A DNA stretch of 64,000 nucleotides, taken from a virus. The DNA is taken from positions 7,378-71,377 of IMG/VR virus record IMGVR_UViG_3300025140_000080; one strand, given 5' to 3'. Below, piece after piece: positions 1 through 10,387 of this stretch; within the stretch, counting starts at the first letter, position 1; every line of letters begins with the position of its first letter. A model generated the notes under the pieces. That model saw only the letters and a list, made by a program, of their open reading frames with translations, was not told where the DNA came from and did not search any database. A program made the position numbers and the translations under genes.

Positions 1-3000
1 TGGTAAATATGGACAAGTAAACCTTGTGGGCAAATCATTTGGAGTTCTGAAATTCAAACCAACTGGTAGTACAGAGGATATTGATGTTGCTATACCACGA
101 ACCGACACAGCAACAGGTGCTGGTGGTCATAAGGGCATTGAGACAAAATCAGATCATGCATTACCAATTGAGGATGATTTACGTAGACGTGACCTAACAA
201 TCAATGCGATAGCTAACGATATTGAGGGTAATGTTATTGACCCTTTTGGCGGTGTTGATGATATTCGTAATAAAATTATTCGAATGGTCGATCCTTCGGC
301 TTTTACCGAAGACCCTTTGCGTATGCTTCGTGCTGTTCAGATGGCTTCAAGATTTGGTTTTACAATCGAACCTGAAACCATGAAAGCTATTCAGGGTAGC
401 GTTTCGAAGATAAGAGAAATACCATCAGAGAGAATATTAACTGAATTCGATAAAATAGTCCAAAAGGGCGATCATTTAATCGGTGCAAATCTTTTGGTTG
501 AGACAGGTATATACAAACAATTATTCGGAGTTAACCCAATGGTTGATTTCAATTCTAAGGCTGAGTTATTTAGGAATGCTAAAACAATGGGCGAATTTAT
601 TTACCTGTTAATTGGCGACACTATAGATGCTCCCGATGAATTCTATAAAACTAAATTGCGTGGTGAGATAAACACCTATAAGGAAATAAAAGCATTGAAG
701 TTTGCATTCGATTCAGAGGGCAATACTGTAAACATATATAAAGCCAGATCAATTGCTTATAATATGTACGCAACATATCCAGAGTCTTTAAAGTCAAACA
801 TAATACCTAAGTCTATAAAAATGGCTTGCGACGAATTATTGTCAGGTAAGTATCCAAAGTCAAATGCAGATTTACCTGTAAACGGTAATGATCTTATGAA
901 TCTTGGTTTTAGGGGTGAACAAATAAAGAATAAATTTAAGGAAATTTTATTGAAGATATACACTGATAAGCTGAAAAATAATCGTGAGGATATTTTAAAA
1001 TACATTAGTTCTGATAATAAACCCACACCAGATGGTACTGATGAACCTTTAAATGAAACTATAAAAGGTGGCGAATATGTTATGTATCATGGTAGTAAGC
1101 ATAAATTTGATAAGTTTACTGATGAATTTGTCGGTAAGGAAAATGCAACCGATCAAGAAGGCCCTGGAATTTACTTCACCGAATCCGAAGAAGAGGCTCA
1201 TATGTATGGTGAATATATTTATTCTGTTGTATTAAGACCTCGTAAGATGACGAACGCAGCAAATAAGAAGGTTGTATCGGTCTCTATGATGTCATCTTTA
1301 ATTAAAATGTCTCCTCAATGGAAGGAAGATGCTCAGAATTATGATATAAACCCAAACAGAGGACTTGCTAAAGCGATTTCAATGATGTCAGAGTACGCTG
1401 ATAACGAGAAGGATTTATACCAACAAATATGGGTTGATTTTTTTAGACATCAGCCCAGATTATTTATTCAAGGCATGTCAAAGCTGGGTTTTGATGGACA
1501 ACTAATTAATAAGGAATATGGTGGCGTTAGACATATTATAGCGTATAATCCAGCTATAATTACTATTACAAATATGGTTAGTAAAGTTCCTGACGCTACA
1601 AGCGAAAACTTTAACTTACAGGAATCTCTTGAACAAGAGGGCGTCGGAGATAAATACGCTGAAAAGAAATTTGGTATCCCAGACCCTGATGACGAGTTTG
1701 AAAAGGATTATAAGCTTCATAACCTACTAATGTCTGAAAAACCTGTAGCATATGTTAAAAATTATGATAATGTAAATAATATACGTGAAAATGTGGGGAT
1801 ATATAAAAATCCGCAATCTTTAAGTAATTTTGATCAATCTACACGTGCCATTGCTGATGTTTATGGTAATATTTATGTTGCTCAGAAGAATGGTAATTTC
1901 ATTCATGGCGAAATGGCGGTAGCTTTAAAATTTGCTGTTACCGATGATAGTTTTTATGATAATCTTGATCGATTTTTACTTCTTAATCGTGTTGGTAATA
2001 CTAATACATTCGGACTTAGCGATACAACCAGTAGTTATGTAAATGCTGACGAAAGTGATCGTAGAATAGTTATGTTGAAGATATTTAAAAAACTGATTCA
2101 AAAAAACTCACAGTTTAGGTATTATGATAGATATTTTTTAGATATTAAGAGCGATAATAAACCAATTAACGATACCAAGATTACCCAAGAAGGCGTTGGC
2201 GATAAATATGCTGCAAATAAATTCGGAATTCCTGATCAGGATGATGAATTTGAAAAAGAGTATAAAACACATTTGCAGACACAGGAAGAAAAGCCTATGG
2301 CATATGTTTTAGACACTAAAAGTGATCGTATTGCGATATATAAGAATCCACGATCATTGGCTAATTTTGATGCTGACGTTCGAGCAATTGGTGACCCAAG
2401 CGGTAACATTTACGTTGCTCTACAGGATAAATATTTTACGCATTCAAGAATGGCTGAGAATATTGGATTGTTTACAAGCGGTAACGAGATTTACTCAACA
2501 GAGAACTTAAAAAAATACACGTTGATGCATAGGATCGGTCTAACCAATGGATTTGGCTTAGGTGATGCTCAATATGAGATAATGAATGATGAGTATGAGA
2601 ATGATGGCTCGTTAATAGCTAATTTAAGAAATTTTAAAAAAAGAAATCCTCAATATAATTATTATCCAGATTTTTATAAATTTGTAAAACCCAACGATAA
2701 ATTTGTTGAGGAGTCTGTTAATGAACTAAGTTCCGTAAACCCAATGAGTAAGAAAAAGCTTGTAAAATATTCAGCCGTTGTTCTTGATGATAAATCAATC
2801 AATAAATTACGCAACGCTTTCGCTGATTTGATTCCAGATGATTATAATCAATATAGAACAAATGCCTCTGGTGGCACTGAACTTATATGTGATCATATGA
2901 CAATTAATTTCGGAGAGATTGACAGTTTTTATGAGAAATATTTAGGATATACACTTAGATTAAAGGTCGAGAGTTATGCCATTGATGAAAATGTTATGGC

Positions 3001-3166
3001 TGTTGGCGTCTCTGGATTCGGGTCTATTAATGATAATAGACATATAACTCTTGCTGTAAACGATAATAATGGGGCAACTGCGAAAATGTCAAATGATCTG
3101 AAAAAATGGATACCTTATCGTAAACCTCTATTTCTAATAGGACGTGTTACGGAAGTACCAGTTTAA
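1..3166 (+). CDS. cca: 5'-truncated polyprotein: class II CCA-adding/poly(A)-polymerase-family nucleotidyltransferase + ADP-ribosyltransferase-like domain + two ~184-aa repeats + C-terminal 2H phosphoesterase
   Basis: Frame open to left edge (position 2). DIDVA, DDLRRRDLTINAIA, EDPLRMLRA, ERILTEF, LPVNGNDL (CCA family); YHGS..GPGIYFT..A..Y..GFDG (ART-like); HMT and HIT motifs (2H). Confidence 0.85.
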   Translation, partial: GKYGQVNLVGKSFGVLKFKPTGSTEDIDVAIPRTDTATGAGGHKGIETKSDHALPIEDDLRRRDLTINAIANDIEGNVIDPFGGVDDIRNKIIRMVDPSAFTEDPLRMLRAVQMASRFGFTIEPETMKAIQGSVSKIREIPSERILTEFDKIVQKGDHLIGANLLVETGIYKQLFGVNPMVDFNSKAELFRNAKTMGEFIYLLIGDTIDAPDEFYKTKLRGEINTYKEIKALKFAFDSEGNTVNIYKARSIAYNMYATYPESLKSNIIPKSIKMACDELLSGKYPKSNADLPVNGNDLMNLGFRGEQIKNKFKEILLKIYTDKLKNNREDILKYISSDNKPTPDGTDEPLNETIKGGEYVMYHGSKHKFDKFTDEFVGKENATDQEGPGIYFTESEEEAHMYGEYIYSVVLRPRKMTNAANKKVVSVSMMSSLIKMSPQWKEDAQNYDINPNRGLAKAISMMSEYADNEKDLYQQIWVDFFRHQPRLFIQGMSKLGFDGQLINKEYGGVRHIIAYNPAIITITNMVSKVPDATSENFNLQESLEQEGVGDKYAEKKFGIPDPDDEFEKDYKLHNLLMSEKPVAYVKNYDNVNNIRENVGIYKNPQSLSNFDQSTRAIADVYGNIYVAQKNGNFIHGEMAVALKFAVTDDSFYDNLDRFLLLNRVGNTNTFGLSDTTSSYVNADESDRRIVMLKIFKKLIQKNSQFRYYDRYFLDIKSDNKPINDTKITQEGVGDKYAANKFGIPDQDDEFEKEYKTHLQTQEEKPMAYVLDTKSDRIAIYKNPRSLANFDADVRAIGDPSGNIYVALQDKYFTHSRMAENIGLFTSGNEIYSTENLKKYTLMHRIGLTNGFGLGDAQYEIMNDEYENDGSLIANLRNFKKRNPQYNYYPDFYKFVKPNDKFVEESVNELSSVNPMSKKKLVKYSAVVLDDKSINKLRNAFADLIPDDYNQYRTNASGGTELICDHMTINFGEIDSFYEKYLGYTLRLKVESYAIDENVMAVGVSGFGSINDNRHITLAVNDNNGATAKMSNDLKKWIPYRKPLFLIGRVTEVPV

Positions 3167-3191
3167 ATTTAAAAAGTAACTATTTATAATC

Positions 3192-3986
3192 ATGAGTACA
3201 ATAGACATGCAACATAGACCATCGTATTTACCTCAAGTAAATGCTCCATTTGATATCGTTATCGATAAACTTGGTGCTGAAGGGGTGAACGGTAGAATTA
3301 TTGACATCAATCCTTCAATATTAAAAGCTTTACAGGGTATTACTTTTTCACATGAGGTTGATGATGCAAATATCGATGACGATGAAAATCCTATTTGGAT
3401 TAATAATGAATTATTCGTTCTCGATGGTCATCATAGACTTGTTAAGTCGCTATATGCTGGTAAGAAAACTATTAAAGCCGTACTTGTAGACCTTGATCAT
3501 AAAAATGCTTGTAGACTTTTAAATAAAATACAGGATATATATGATTACGATCAACAAAAGGAAGCTGAGAATAGCAATGTTCCGAATAGTTTTTTAGATT
3601 CTATTGAGGGTACTATTGAGGAGGCTGATATTGACGGCGATTCGATGAACGTTGTTAAACTTATAGGTTATCGTAAAGATAATTTTAAGGATAATTCAAC
3701 TAACGGCAATTTTTTCACATTATCACCTAAAGAGGGTATGAAAAAATATGAAATTGAGTTCGACAATATTTTAGATACTGATAAATTGGGTGTCTCTTAT
3801 AAAAGCAGTCAGAATCCTGTGGATGTATTAGCGAGGATATGGTTTCCTCATGTAAACTTTAATGCTATTTCACAAGAGAATAATATTAGTGAGTTTAATT
3901 TGAAATGTAAAGCAATCGCTGAAAAGGCTAAAAAATATGGATTTGATGGAATCAAATACGGTGAAATATTAATACAAGGATTTTAA
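3192..3986 (+). CDS. ParB/Srx-like N-terminal domain fused to degenerate ART-like domain
   Basis: VLDGHHR motif; C-terminal GYR..GNFFT..GFDGIKY resembles the ART-like domain of the upstream gene. Confidence 0.55.
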   Translation: MSTIDMQHRPSYLPQVNAPFDIVIDKLGAEGVNGRIIDINPSILKALQGITFSHEVDDANIDDDENPIWINNELFVLDGHHRLVKSLYAGKKTIKAVLVDLDHKNACRLLNKIQDIYDYDQQKEAENSNVPNSFLDSIEGTIEEADIDGDSMNVVKLIGYRKDNFKDNSTNGNFFTLSPKEGMKKYEIEFDNILDTDKLGVSYKSSQNPVDVLARIWFPHVNFNAISQENNISEFNLKCKAIAEKAKKYGFDGIKYGEILIQGF

Positions 3987-3997
3987 AAAAAAAAGCT

Positions 3998-4312
3998 ATG
4001 GGAATATATAAAATTACAAATACAACGAATAAAATTGATAAGAGACAGCAAGGATTTAATAGTCTTGTATTAATTGATTATGTGAATAACATGGAGAAAC
4101 AGAGTAAACCATTAAATGCTGGCGAAACATTATTTATTGAAATAAGCGCATTACCCATATCAATTCATAAGCTAAGAGCTAAGAATATGATATCTGTATC
4201 CGAAGCCAGTAGGTCTGAAATGTTATCAAATGTTAGTACTGTTTATAAACAGTTAGTACCTGTGGAGCCTGTGGTTGTTGAAAAACCATCAATAACTAAA
4301 AAAATACGATAA
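3998..4312 (+). CDS. hypothetical protein
   Basis: 104-aa ORF colinear with neighbours. Confidence 0.6.
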   Translation: MGIYKITNTTNKIDKRQQGFNSLVLIDYVNNMEKQSKPLNAGETLFIEISALPISIHKLRAKNMISVSEASRSEMLSNVSTVYKQLVPVEPVVVEKPSITKKIR

Positions 4313-4337
4313 TTATTATATTTCTTTAGAAAACGCT

Positions 4338-4367
4338 TTGTTATGTCAAAATAATATTGTTACTTTG
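4338..4367 (+). promoter_or_regulatory. Bacteroidota-type promoter (variant)
   Basis: TTG-N19-TTACTTTG. Confidence 0.45.
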
Positions 4368-4393
4368 CAATAAAGATACAATATTATTTAATT

Positions 4394-5764
4394 ATGGAAA
4401 AAAAGCTAAAAATACTGTTTTATAATACCGATGTCGCAGGCATTAATTATTATAGAACCCTGACCCCAGCAATGGAGGTTGATAGAAATCATAGTGATGA
4501 GTTTATAGTAGAAATTAATCCTAATATTAATTTTGAAGAACCAAACATTATAGATTATCTTACGTCGTTTGATATAATTCATTATCATAAAGAATTATAT
4601 AACCCAAGAAAATACCCAAGTTTCCGTAAGGCTTTAAAAGAAGCTGGTACTGTACTTATATTAGACGTTGATGACTTCTGGCAATTACCCGAATCACATC
4701 CTTTGCATGACTTTTATATACATAACAGACTTCAACAGTATATCGAACTTGCTGTAAAGAATGCTGATTATGTCACAACGACAACTGAATTATTCGCTGT
4801 CGAATTGCGAAAATTAAGTGGAAAGGATAATGTATTTGTGATTCCTAATTCAGTTGACCCAACATCTATGGATCAATTTGTTAATAACAGGACACCCGAC
4901 CCTGATGGTAAAATCAGAATAACTTATATGGGTGGCTCTTCACATCATGGCGATTTAACTCAATTAAATGGCGTGGTAAACATTTTAAATGCTGATTCCT
5001 TGACAAAGGATAAGTTTAAGATCATTTTGGCTGGCTGGGACATTAATGGCAATCAAACCGATATTAAATTCAATCAGGAATTCGGTAAAGAACTTCAAGA
5101 ACGTAAATTATATAATAATAAGATTATTAAGCTTATTAATGCTAATAAGGGTGATATTTCTGATATTAATGAGTTACCACAAGAATTAAGGGATAAGTAT
5201 CCTGAAAATGTTTTTGTGAAAACAGAAAGACCTATCACACCTCAAGAATCATCGTATTATCTTTATGAGGAAATATTGACAGATAATAATAGAATTATTA
5301 AGGATAAGGAATATCTATCATTTTTGAAAAAATATGATAGGAATCACACCTATCCTAATGAGGGTAATTATGCAAGAAGATGGACTCAAAAGGTTAATGT
5401 TTATGCAAATGTGTTAAATGAGACAGATATTGTTATAGCACCATTAGCCGATAACCTGTTTAACAGAATGAAATCGAATCTTAAACAGGTTGAGTGTTGG
5501 ACAAGGGGTTTACCAATTGTATGTAGTGATATTCCAACATATAATGTTGATGGCAGACATATGGAGAATTGTATTTTGATTCCATCGCAAAAGAACTCAA
5601 ATAAATTTTGGGCTAAGTATTTAAAGAGACTTATTCTCGATAAAGACCTTAGAGAGAAGTTAGGAACTCAACTGCATAACGACTTTAAAACTGCTTTCAA
5701 TTTGATTGACGTTACAAATAAACGAGTCGAGATTTATAAAAAAATCGCAACAAAAAATGATTAA
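4394..5764 (+). CDS. GT-B fold (GT4-like) glycosyltransferase with internal insertion
   Basis: YYRTLTPA, LDVDDFW, VIPNSVD, ITYMGGSSH, IAPLADNLFNRMKSNLK..E..PIVCSD. Confidence 0.8.
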   Translation: MEKKLKILFYNTDVAGINYYRTLTPAMEVDRNHSDEFIVEINPNINFEEPNIIDYLTSFDIIHYHKELYNPRKYPSFRKALKEAGTVLILDVDDFWQLPESHPLHDFYIHNRLQQYIELAVKNADYVTTTTELFAVELRKLSGKDNVFVIPNSVDPTSMDQFVNNRTPDPDGKIRITYMGGSSHHGDLTQLNGVVNILNADSLTKDKFKIILAGWDINGNQTDIKFNQEFGKELQERKLYNNKIIKLINANKGDISDINELPQELRDKYPENVFVKTERPITPQESSYYLYEEILTDNNRIIKDKEYLSFLKKYDRNHTYPNEGNYARRWTQKVNVYANVLNETDIVIAPLADNLFNRMKSNLKQVECWTRGLPIVCSDIPTYNVDGRHMENCILIPSQKNSNKFWAKYLKRLILDKDLREKLGTQLHNDFKTAFNLIDVTNKRVEIYKKIATKND

Positions 5765-6644
5765 TTGGATTAGAAATATATTTTACAGTATAGCAATTAG
5801 AATCGGCATGGCATTAAGCTATGCCGATGAGCTAATTTTTAAACCAATCGATCACGCTGTATCTGAGGGTTATAAAAAGATACAAAGACATCGTCATAGA
5901 AATAACACACTTGAATCGTTCTATAATGGTACTGAGGACGAGAAATACACTAAAGAGTACTACGAGATTCTAAAGAAAAGCGATGAATTTAGAAAGAAAT
6001 CCACACCTTTTCAGGTTGCAGCGGCAACTGACCGTCATGGTATGAATTTCGGTAAAAAGGATAAATGGGGTCGTAGATATGAACATTTTGGTTTTTTCGA
6101 TGAAAAAAACAAGAATTCAGGCAAAACCCTTGAAGAGGTTATAAACGGCGAGTATAATGATAGACGAACAGATGACGATGAATATCAGATTGAGTATATT
6201 TATAATAATACTCCGTTTGAAATCGGATTCTCAAAATCTGTGGATATTATGACAGAAGTTGAAGCTGATAAATTCATCCTAAATGACGCCCCAACATTAT
6301 CCAAACAACTTGAATTCCCTATAAAATGTCTCAGGGAAACCGAAACATTGAATAAGATTGAACAGCTGACAGAGATTATGCATGTGAAAACAATTGGGAG
6401 CGAATTGCTTAGGCTTGAATTTTTCATACCAGCTAAATACGGCTCGATTAAACTTGCTGATGACTCTAAAATAGTTAAAGACCTTATAAATATTGATCAA
6501 GTGTTTGTAAAGGATACTTATGGTAAACTTATAGGCTATAAAATCCATAGCTTTGTAAAGAGAATCACAACTAAAGATAAGAATGACGATAACATTTATG
6601 ATGTGTTTAAGTTCATGGTAAAAGAAATAAAAGAGGTAAGATAA
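5757..6644 (+). CDS. hypothetical protein (start revised to ATG 5757)
   Basis: Long ORF; ATG 5757 gives a short overlap with the upstream stop. Confidence 0.65.
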   Translation: MINWIRNIFYSIAIRIGMALSYADELIFKPIDHAVSEGYKKIQRHRHRNNTLESFYNGTEDEKYTKEYYEILKKSDEFRKKSTPFQVAAATDRHGMNFGKKDKWGRRYEHFGFFDEKNKNSGKTLEEVINGEYNDRRTDDDEYQIEYIYNNTPFEIGFSKSVDIMTEVEADKFILNDAPTLSKQLEFPIKCLRETETLNKIEQLTEIMHVKTIGSELLRLEFFIPAKYGSIKLADDSKIVKDLINIDQVFVKDTYGKLIGYKIHSFVKRITTKDKNDDNIYDVFKFMVKEIKEVR

Positions 6645-6645
6645 T

Positions 6646-7086
6646 ATGAAATATAATGATGTGAAAACGCTTAGCGATGATTTTAGTAAATTAATCGCTT
6701 ATGGTAGGGTGAATAAAATTTCAAACACCTATTACAGTAAAAAATTGAATGAAATAGAAGAGATTATATCAAAGGAGATTGCGTCTATCGAGAAAAGTAT
6801 ATCGCCAGAATTGAAAAACCTTGAAAAGGCAATTTTTAAGTTTGCTGATGAAAATATCGGAAAAGAATTAGATACGATTGATAAATCAATTGAGGCACGA
6901 TTCCGTTTAGGTTTTGAAAATTTGTCCGAAGAGGATAAGAAAAAGCATACGGATTTATATGCGGACTATACAACATTTATGGAACTTGAGTGTGATATGA
7001 ATGTTAAATTAATAGATTTGAATCAATGCCCTAATGTTGATTTCGATTATGACGCATATAAATTAGTAAAAAACTTTTTAAAATAA
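6646..7086 (+). CDS. hypothetical helical protein
   Basis: 146-aa ORF, tightly packed. Confidence 0.65.
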   Translation: MKYNDVKTLSDDFSKLIAYGRVNKISNTYYSKKLNEIEEIISKEIASIEKSISPELKNLEKAIFKFADENIGKELDTIDKSIEARFRLGFENLSEEDKKKHTDLYADYTTFMELECDMNVKLIDLNQCPNVDFDYDAYKLVKNFLK

Positions 7087-7536
7087 ATGAGTTATTTTTT
7101 AGATAATTTGAAAGAGTCCTTAGAAAAGGGTGATTTCAATTCGAAATCAGCAGCGAATATAAATAAAATAGCTGAGTTGTCGGAGAGTAAATTAGGCAAT
7201 CTTGAGCAGATTAAAGAGAAGCTTGAAACTATTCAGAAAAATCTACCAGCAGTGGATGCTGCTACGGCTAATGCCGCAAGCGTATCATATGAGGCAGAGA
7301 TTAAGAAATTACAGGATGCTGATGCTGCGTTGTCAAGACTTGCTCAGGCATTTCAAATGGACGATGATCTTACACAGGAAATCGCTGCGATTGACTTAGC
7401 CAAAGCCAATGTCATTGAAATGGTAAAAAATATATTAGCTTATATTGAGTCGTTAACACCTGATTTAGAGAATGGTGGCAAAGAGTTTCAAACATCTTTA
7501 CTTGAAATTAAAGATAAATATGAAAAAATGCTTTGA
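7087..7536 (+). CDS. hypothetical coiled-coil protein
   Basis: 149-aa ORF, heptad-like composition. Confidence 0.65.
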   Translation: MSYFLDNLKESLEKGDFNSKSAANINKIAELSESKLGNLEQIKEKLETIQKNLPAVDAATANAASVSYEAEIKKLQDADAALSRLAQAFQMDDDLTQEIAAIDLAKANVIEMVKNILAYIESLTPDLENGGKEFQTSLLEIKDKYEKML

Positions 7537-7562
7537 TTTGAGATAAATTTATTATACTTTTG
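7533..7562 (+). promoter_or_regulatory. Bacteroidota-type promoter
   Basis: TTG-N19-TACTTTTG. Confidence 0.65.
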
Positions 7563-7595
7563 TATCGTTAAATTTTAATAATTATATATATTTGT

Positions 7596-8060
7596 ATGGC
7601 AACACATTTTGAAAAAGCAAGTGATGAATTAGAACAATTGTTCGATTCGGTGGTTGAGGAAACTTCTTTACCAAGTTGGTTAGTGTTTAAGTTACTTTGT
7701 AATGTAACTCAGAAAGAACTTACCAAAATCGTTAGAAATAATGATTTAGTAGTATTGTTATCAGAGGGCGTCGATTTTGCTATCGTTATTAACGAAAAAG
7801 CATTTGATATGTTAACTCCTGAATTTCAGAAAATCGCATTGCATGAATGCTTGGCAGGTGTATCAGTATCCGACACTGACGCTGTTTCGCTTAACAAACC
7901 AGACTTTACCACATTTACAGGTGTCTTAAAGAAATTTGGTGACGACAAGGTTATCACATTCAAAGAGTCTGTAAAAAGCGTTTATGATAAAATTCGTGAC
8001 GAAGAAACACAGTTAAAAGCCGAAAAGGGCATTAAACGTGGTCGTAAACCAAAAGCTTGA
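7596..8060 (+). CDS. putative phage metallopeptidase-like protein with basic tail
   Basis: IVIN..FDML....KIALHECL; C-terminal KRGRKPK. Confidence 0.45.
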   Translation: MATHFEKASDELEQLFDSVVEETSLPSWLVFKLLCNVTQKELTKIVRNNDLVVLLSEGVDFAIVINEKAFDMLTPEFQKIALHECLAGVSVSDTDAVSLNKPDFTTFTGVLKKFGDDKVITFKESVKSVYDKIRDEETQLKAEKGIKRGRKPKA

Positions 8061-8083
8061 TCGTAAATAGTTTAAAAATATCG

Positions 8084-8118
8084 AAAAATCCTAATTCAAT
8101 GAATTAGGATTTTTTTTT
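8084..8118 (+). terminator. intrinsic terminator
   Basis: AAAAATCCTAATTC-aat-GAATTAGGATTTTT then T run. Confidence 0.8.
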
Positions 8119-8122
8119 GTTT

Positions 8123-8130
8123 GTATTTAT
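8123..8130 (+). promoter_or_regulatory. putative late promoter GTATTTAT (representative site)
   Basis: TATTTAT also starts at 3181, 11068, 12025, 17253, 21032, 23871, 30379, 31721, 44671, 63840 (+) and as ATAAATA at 36135, 59125 (-), mostly 4-28 nt before a start codon. Confidence 0.5.
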
Positions 8131-8144
8131 ATAAAAACTATTGA

Positions 8145-8537
8145 ATGGGTGCATATAACATAAAATTTCCAATTATTGATAATAATATTACTAATACCTT
8201 TTTTGAATTAAACAGAGTGACAAAGGATGCGTATACTTCCGATTTAATGTTATTACTGTTAACCCAAAAAGGCGAGAGATATTATGATTCAGACTATGGC
8301 ACAAACTTAGAAAAATATTTGTTTGAGCCTAATGACGACACAACAGCGACAGATATTCTGGAGGAAATAAAAAGGACTGTATCCAAATACATGCCGAATA
8401 TAACAATTAAGAGTGTGACATTTTCAAGATCAGACACAGATAATTCTCTCAGCGATGACCAGATAGTTGTTAATATCAGCTTCGTGTATATGGACGATAC
8501 ATTTTCAGAACCCGATACCCTAACATTAAAATTTTAA
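8145..8537 (+). CDS. baseplate protein, T4 gp25/GPW-like
   Basis: LLLTQKGERYYDSDYGTNL..YLFEP; YMPNITI. Confidence 0.85.
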   Translation: MGAYNIKFPIIDNNITNTFFELNRVTKDAYTSDLMLLLLTQKGERYYDSDYGTNLEKYLFEPNDDTTATDILEEIKRTVSKYMPNITIKSVTFSRSDTDNSLSDDQIVVNISFVYMDDTFSEPDTLTLKF

Positions 8538-8551
8538 TATAAAAATATACA

Positions 8552-10387
8552 ATGACAAATATTATAAGATATTCAAGTAAAACATTTGGCGATATCAAAA
8601 CCGATTTAATAGCATACATAAAACAACAATATCCCGAAGTGCTTAGTGATTTTATGGATTCGAGTGTTGGCGCAATGCTTATAGATATTAATGCTGGTGT
8701 TAATAATAACCTATCGATGAACATTGATAGGGCATATCAGGAAACTACTCTTGAGAATGCACAGTTGAGAAAATCTATGATTGATATCGCTAAAAATATG
8801 GGATTTAATATTCCAAATAAAAGACCATCAGTCACCATTGTCGATTTTTCGGTTGATGTCCCTGTATTGGGTGATAAACCCGATGCATCGTATTACCCAA
8901 CTCTGGCTATAGGTGCTCAAATTATGGGTGGCGGTAAGATATTCGAAACACAGGATGTTATTGATTGGAGTTCGCCAATTAGCAATTTAGGTGACCCTAA
9001 TAGATCGATCATACCTAATTACGACACAAATGGCAATATAATTAGCTACAACATTACAAAAAGGGAGATAGTCATCAACGGATCAACAACAGTGTTTAAA
9101 AGGGTTATAAATAGCTCTGACGTTGTGCCATTTTTCAGTGTAACATTACCTGATAGAGACATTATCGAAATTGAGAGCATAATATTAAAGGAAGGAACGT
9201 CAAACCCAAGCAACCCAACAAATGACGAGTTTAATAGCGGCGATGCAATTGGCTTATTTAGATATTATGAAGTTGAGTATTTAGCCCAGCCAAAAATATT
9301 TGTTGAGAATAGTAGTATATCTACTGGCGATATAAAGAATGGAATGTGGATTGACATTAATAAGAAATTTATTAAGGAATTTACATCTGACGGCTATTGC
9401 AGAATTATTTTCGGTTCTGGTGATAGCGACGTCGATACATTTAAAAATGGATTCATAAAAAATGGCGTTACTAATAAGAGTTTTCTCGATAATTTCCTCA
9501 ACAACACAGCTCTTGGCGATAAACTAAAAGAAAACTACACATTATATGTTAAGTTTAGATCAGGCGGTGGTTCAGATACGAATATTGGTGCAAGTGCTTT
9601 AAATCAGCTTGGCTCATACAATTTAAAATCAAATGGATCACGTCAAGACTTTAATACAGCTGTTTCAAAGAGCTTAAAGGTTAATAACCCAATAGCAGCC
9701 ATAGGCGGTAATGACGGATTATCGATAGAACAGATAAGGGAACTTGTAAGATATAATTATTCAGGTCAGAATAGATGTGTCGGATTATCCGATTATGCTG
9801 TTCAATTATATAAGATGTCTGGAAAATTCGGTTCACCATTTAGGGTAAATGTTTATGAATTAAATAATAAGGTTGTTGCAAGTATGATCGGAATTGGTTC
9901 TGACGGTAAATTATCTAACACCAGTAACACCATCTTAAAGGAGAATATTGCTGAGTATTTAAGTGGGTTTAGAATGGTTAACGATTATGTTGAGATAAAG
10001 GATGGCAGAATATACAATTTAGCTATTGATATTGATGTTTACGTTAATACGTTATCAGATAATCAGATCGCTAACAATATTATTAACGCAGTTACAACAT
10101 ATTTTAATATAAATGATCATGAAATGAATGAGGATATATTCTTAGGTAAACTAAACAACACTATAAATAATATTAGCGGCGTTAACAATGTTATAAGTAT
10201 GAAAATTTATAATAAGGTTGGCGGAGTTTATTCTGTAAATCCAGTTTCACAAGCAATTACTAACACCTCTACAGGCGAAATAACGATCATTAACAATGCT
10301 ATTTATTCTGACCCTGACTCAATGTTCGAAATAAAATACCCTGAAAAGGATATTAGAGTGTATTTAAGAAAAAGAACTGATATTTAA
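8552..10387 (+). CDS. baseplate wedge subunit, T4 gp6/baseplate-J-like
   Basis: DFMDSSVGAMLIDINA, ETTLENAQLRKS, Y/FRSGGG, GGNDG, QNRCV..DY; follows gp25-like gene. Confidence 0.8.
   Translation: MTNIIRYSSKTFGDIKTDLIAYIKQQYPEVLSDFMDSSVGAMLIDINAGVNNNLSMNIDRAYQETTLENAQLRKSMIDIAKNMGFNIPNKRPSVTIVDFSVDVPVLGDKPDASYYPTLAIGAQIMGGGKIFETQDVIDWSSPISNLGDPNRSIIPNYDTNGNIISYNITKREIVINGSTTVFKRVINSSDVVPFFSVTLPDRDIIEIESIILKEGTSNPSNPTNDEFNSGDAIGLFRYYEVEYLAQPKIFVENSSISTGDIKNGMWIDINKKFIKEFTSDGYCRIIFGSGDSDVDTFKNGFIKNGVTNKSFLDNFLNNTALGDKLKENYTLYVKFRSGGGSDTNIGASALNQLGSYNLKSNGSRQDFNTAVSKSLKVNNPIAAIGGNDGLSIEQIRELVRYNYSGQNRCVGLSDYAVQLYKMSGKFGSPFRVNVYELNNKVVASMIGIGSDGKLSNTSNTILKENIAEYLSGFRMVNDYVEIKDGRIYNLAIDIDVYVNTLSDNQIANNIINAVTTYFNINDHEMNEDIFLGKLNNTINNISGVNNVISMKIYNKVGGVYSVNPVSQAITNTSTGEITIINNAIYSDPDSMFEIKYPEKDIRVYLRKRTDI

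Noticed and set aside
1637-2700. Diversity-generating retroelement TR/VR pair
   Set aside because: The two repeats are in-frame protein duplications diverged at all base types, and no reverse transcriptase is present.
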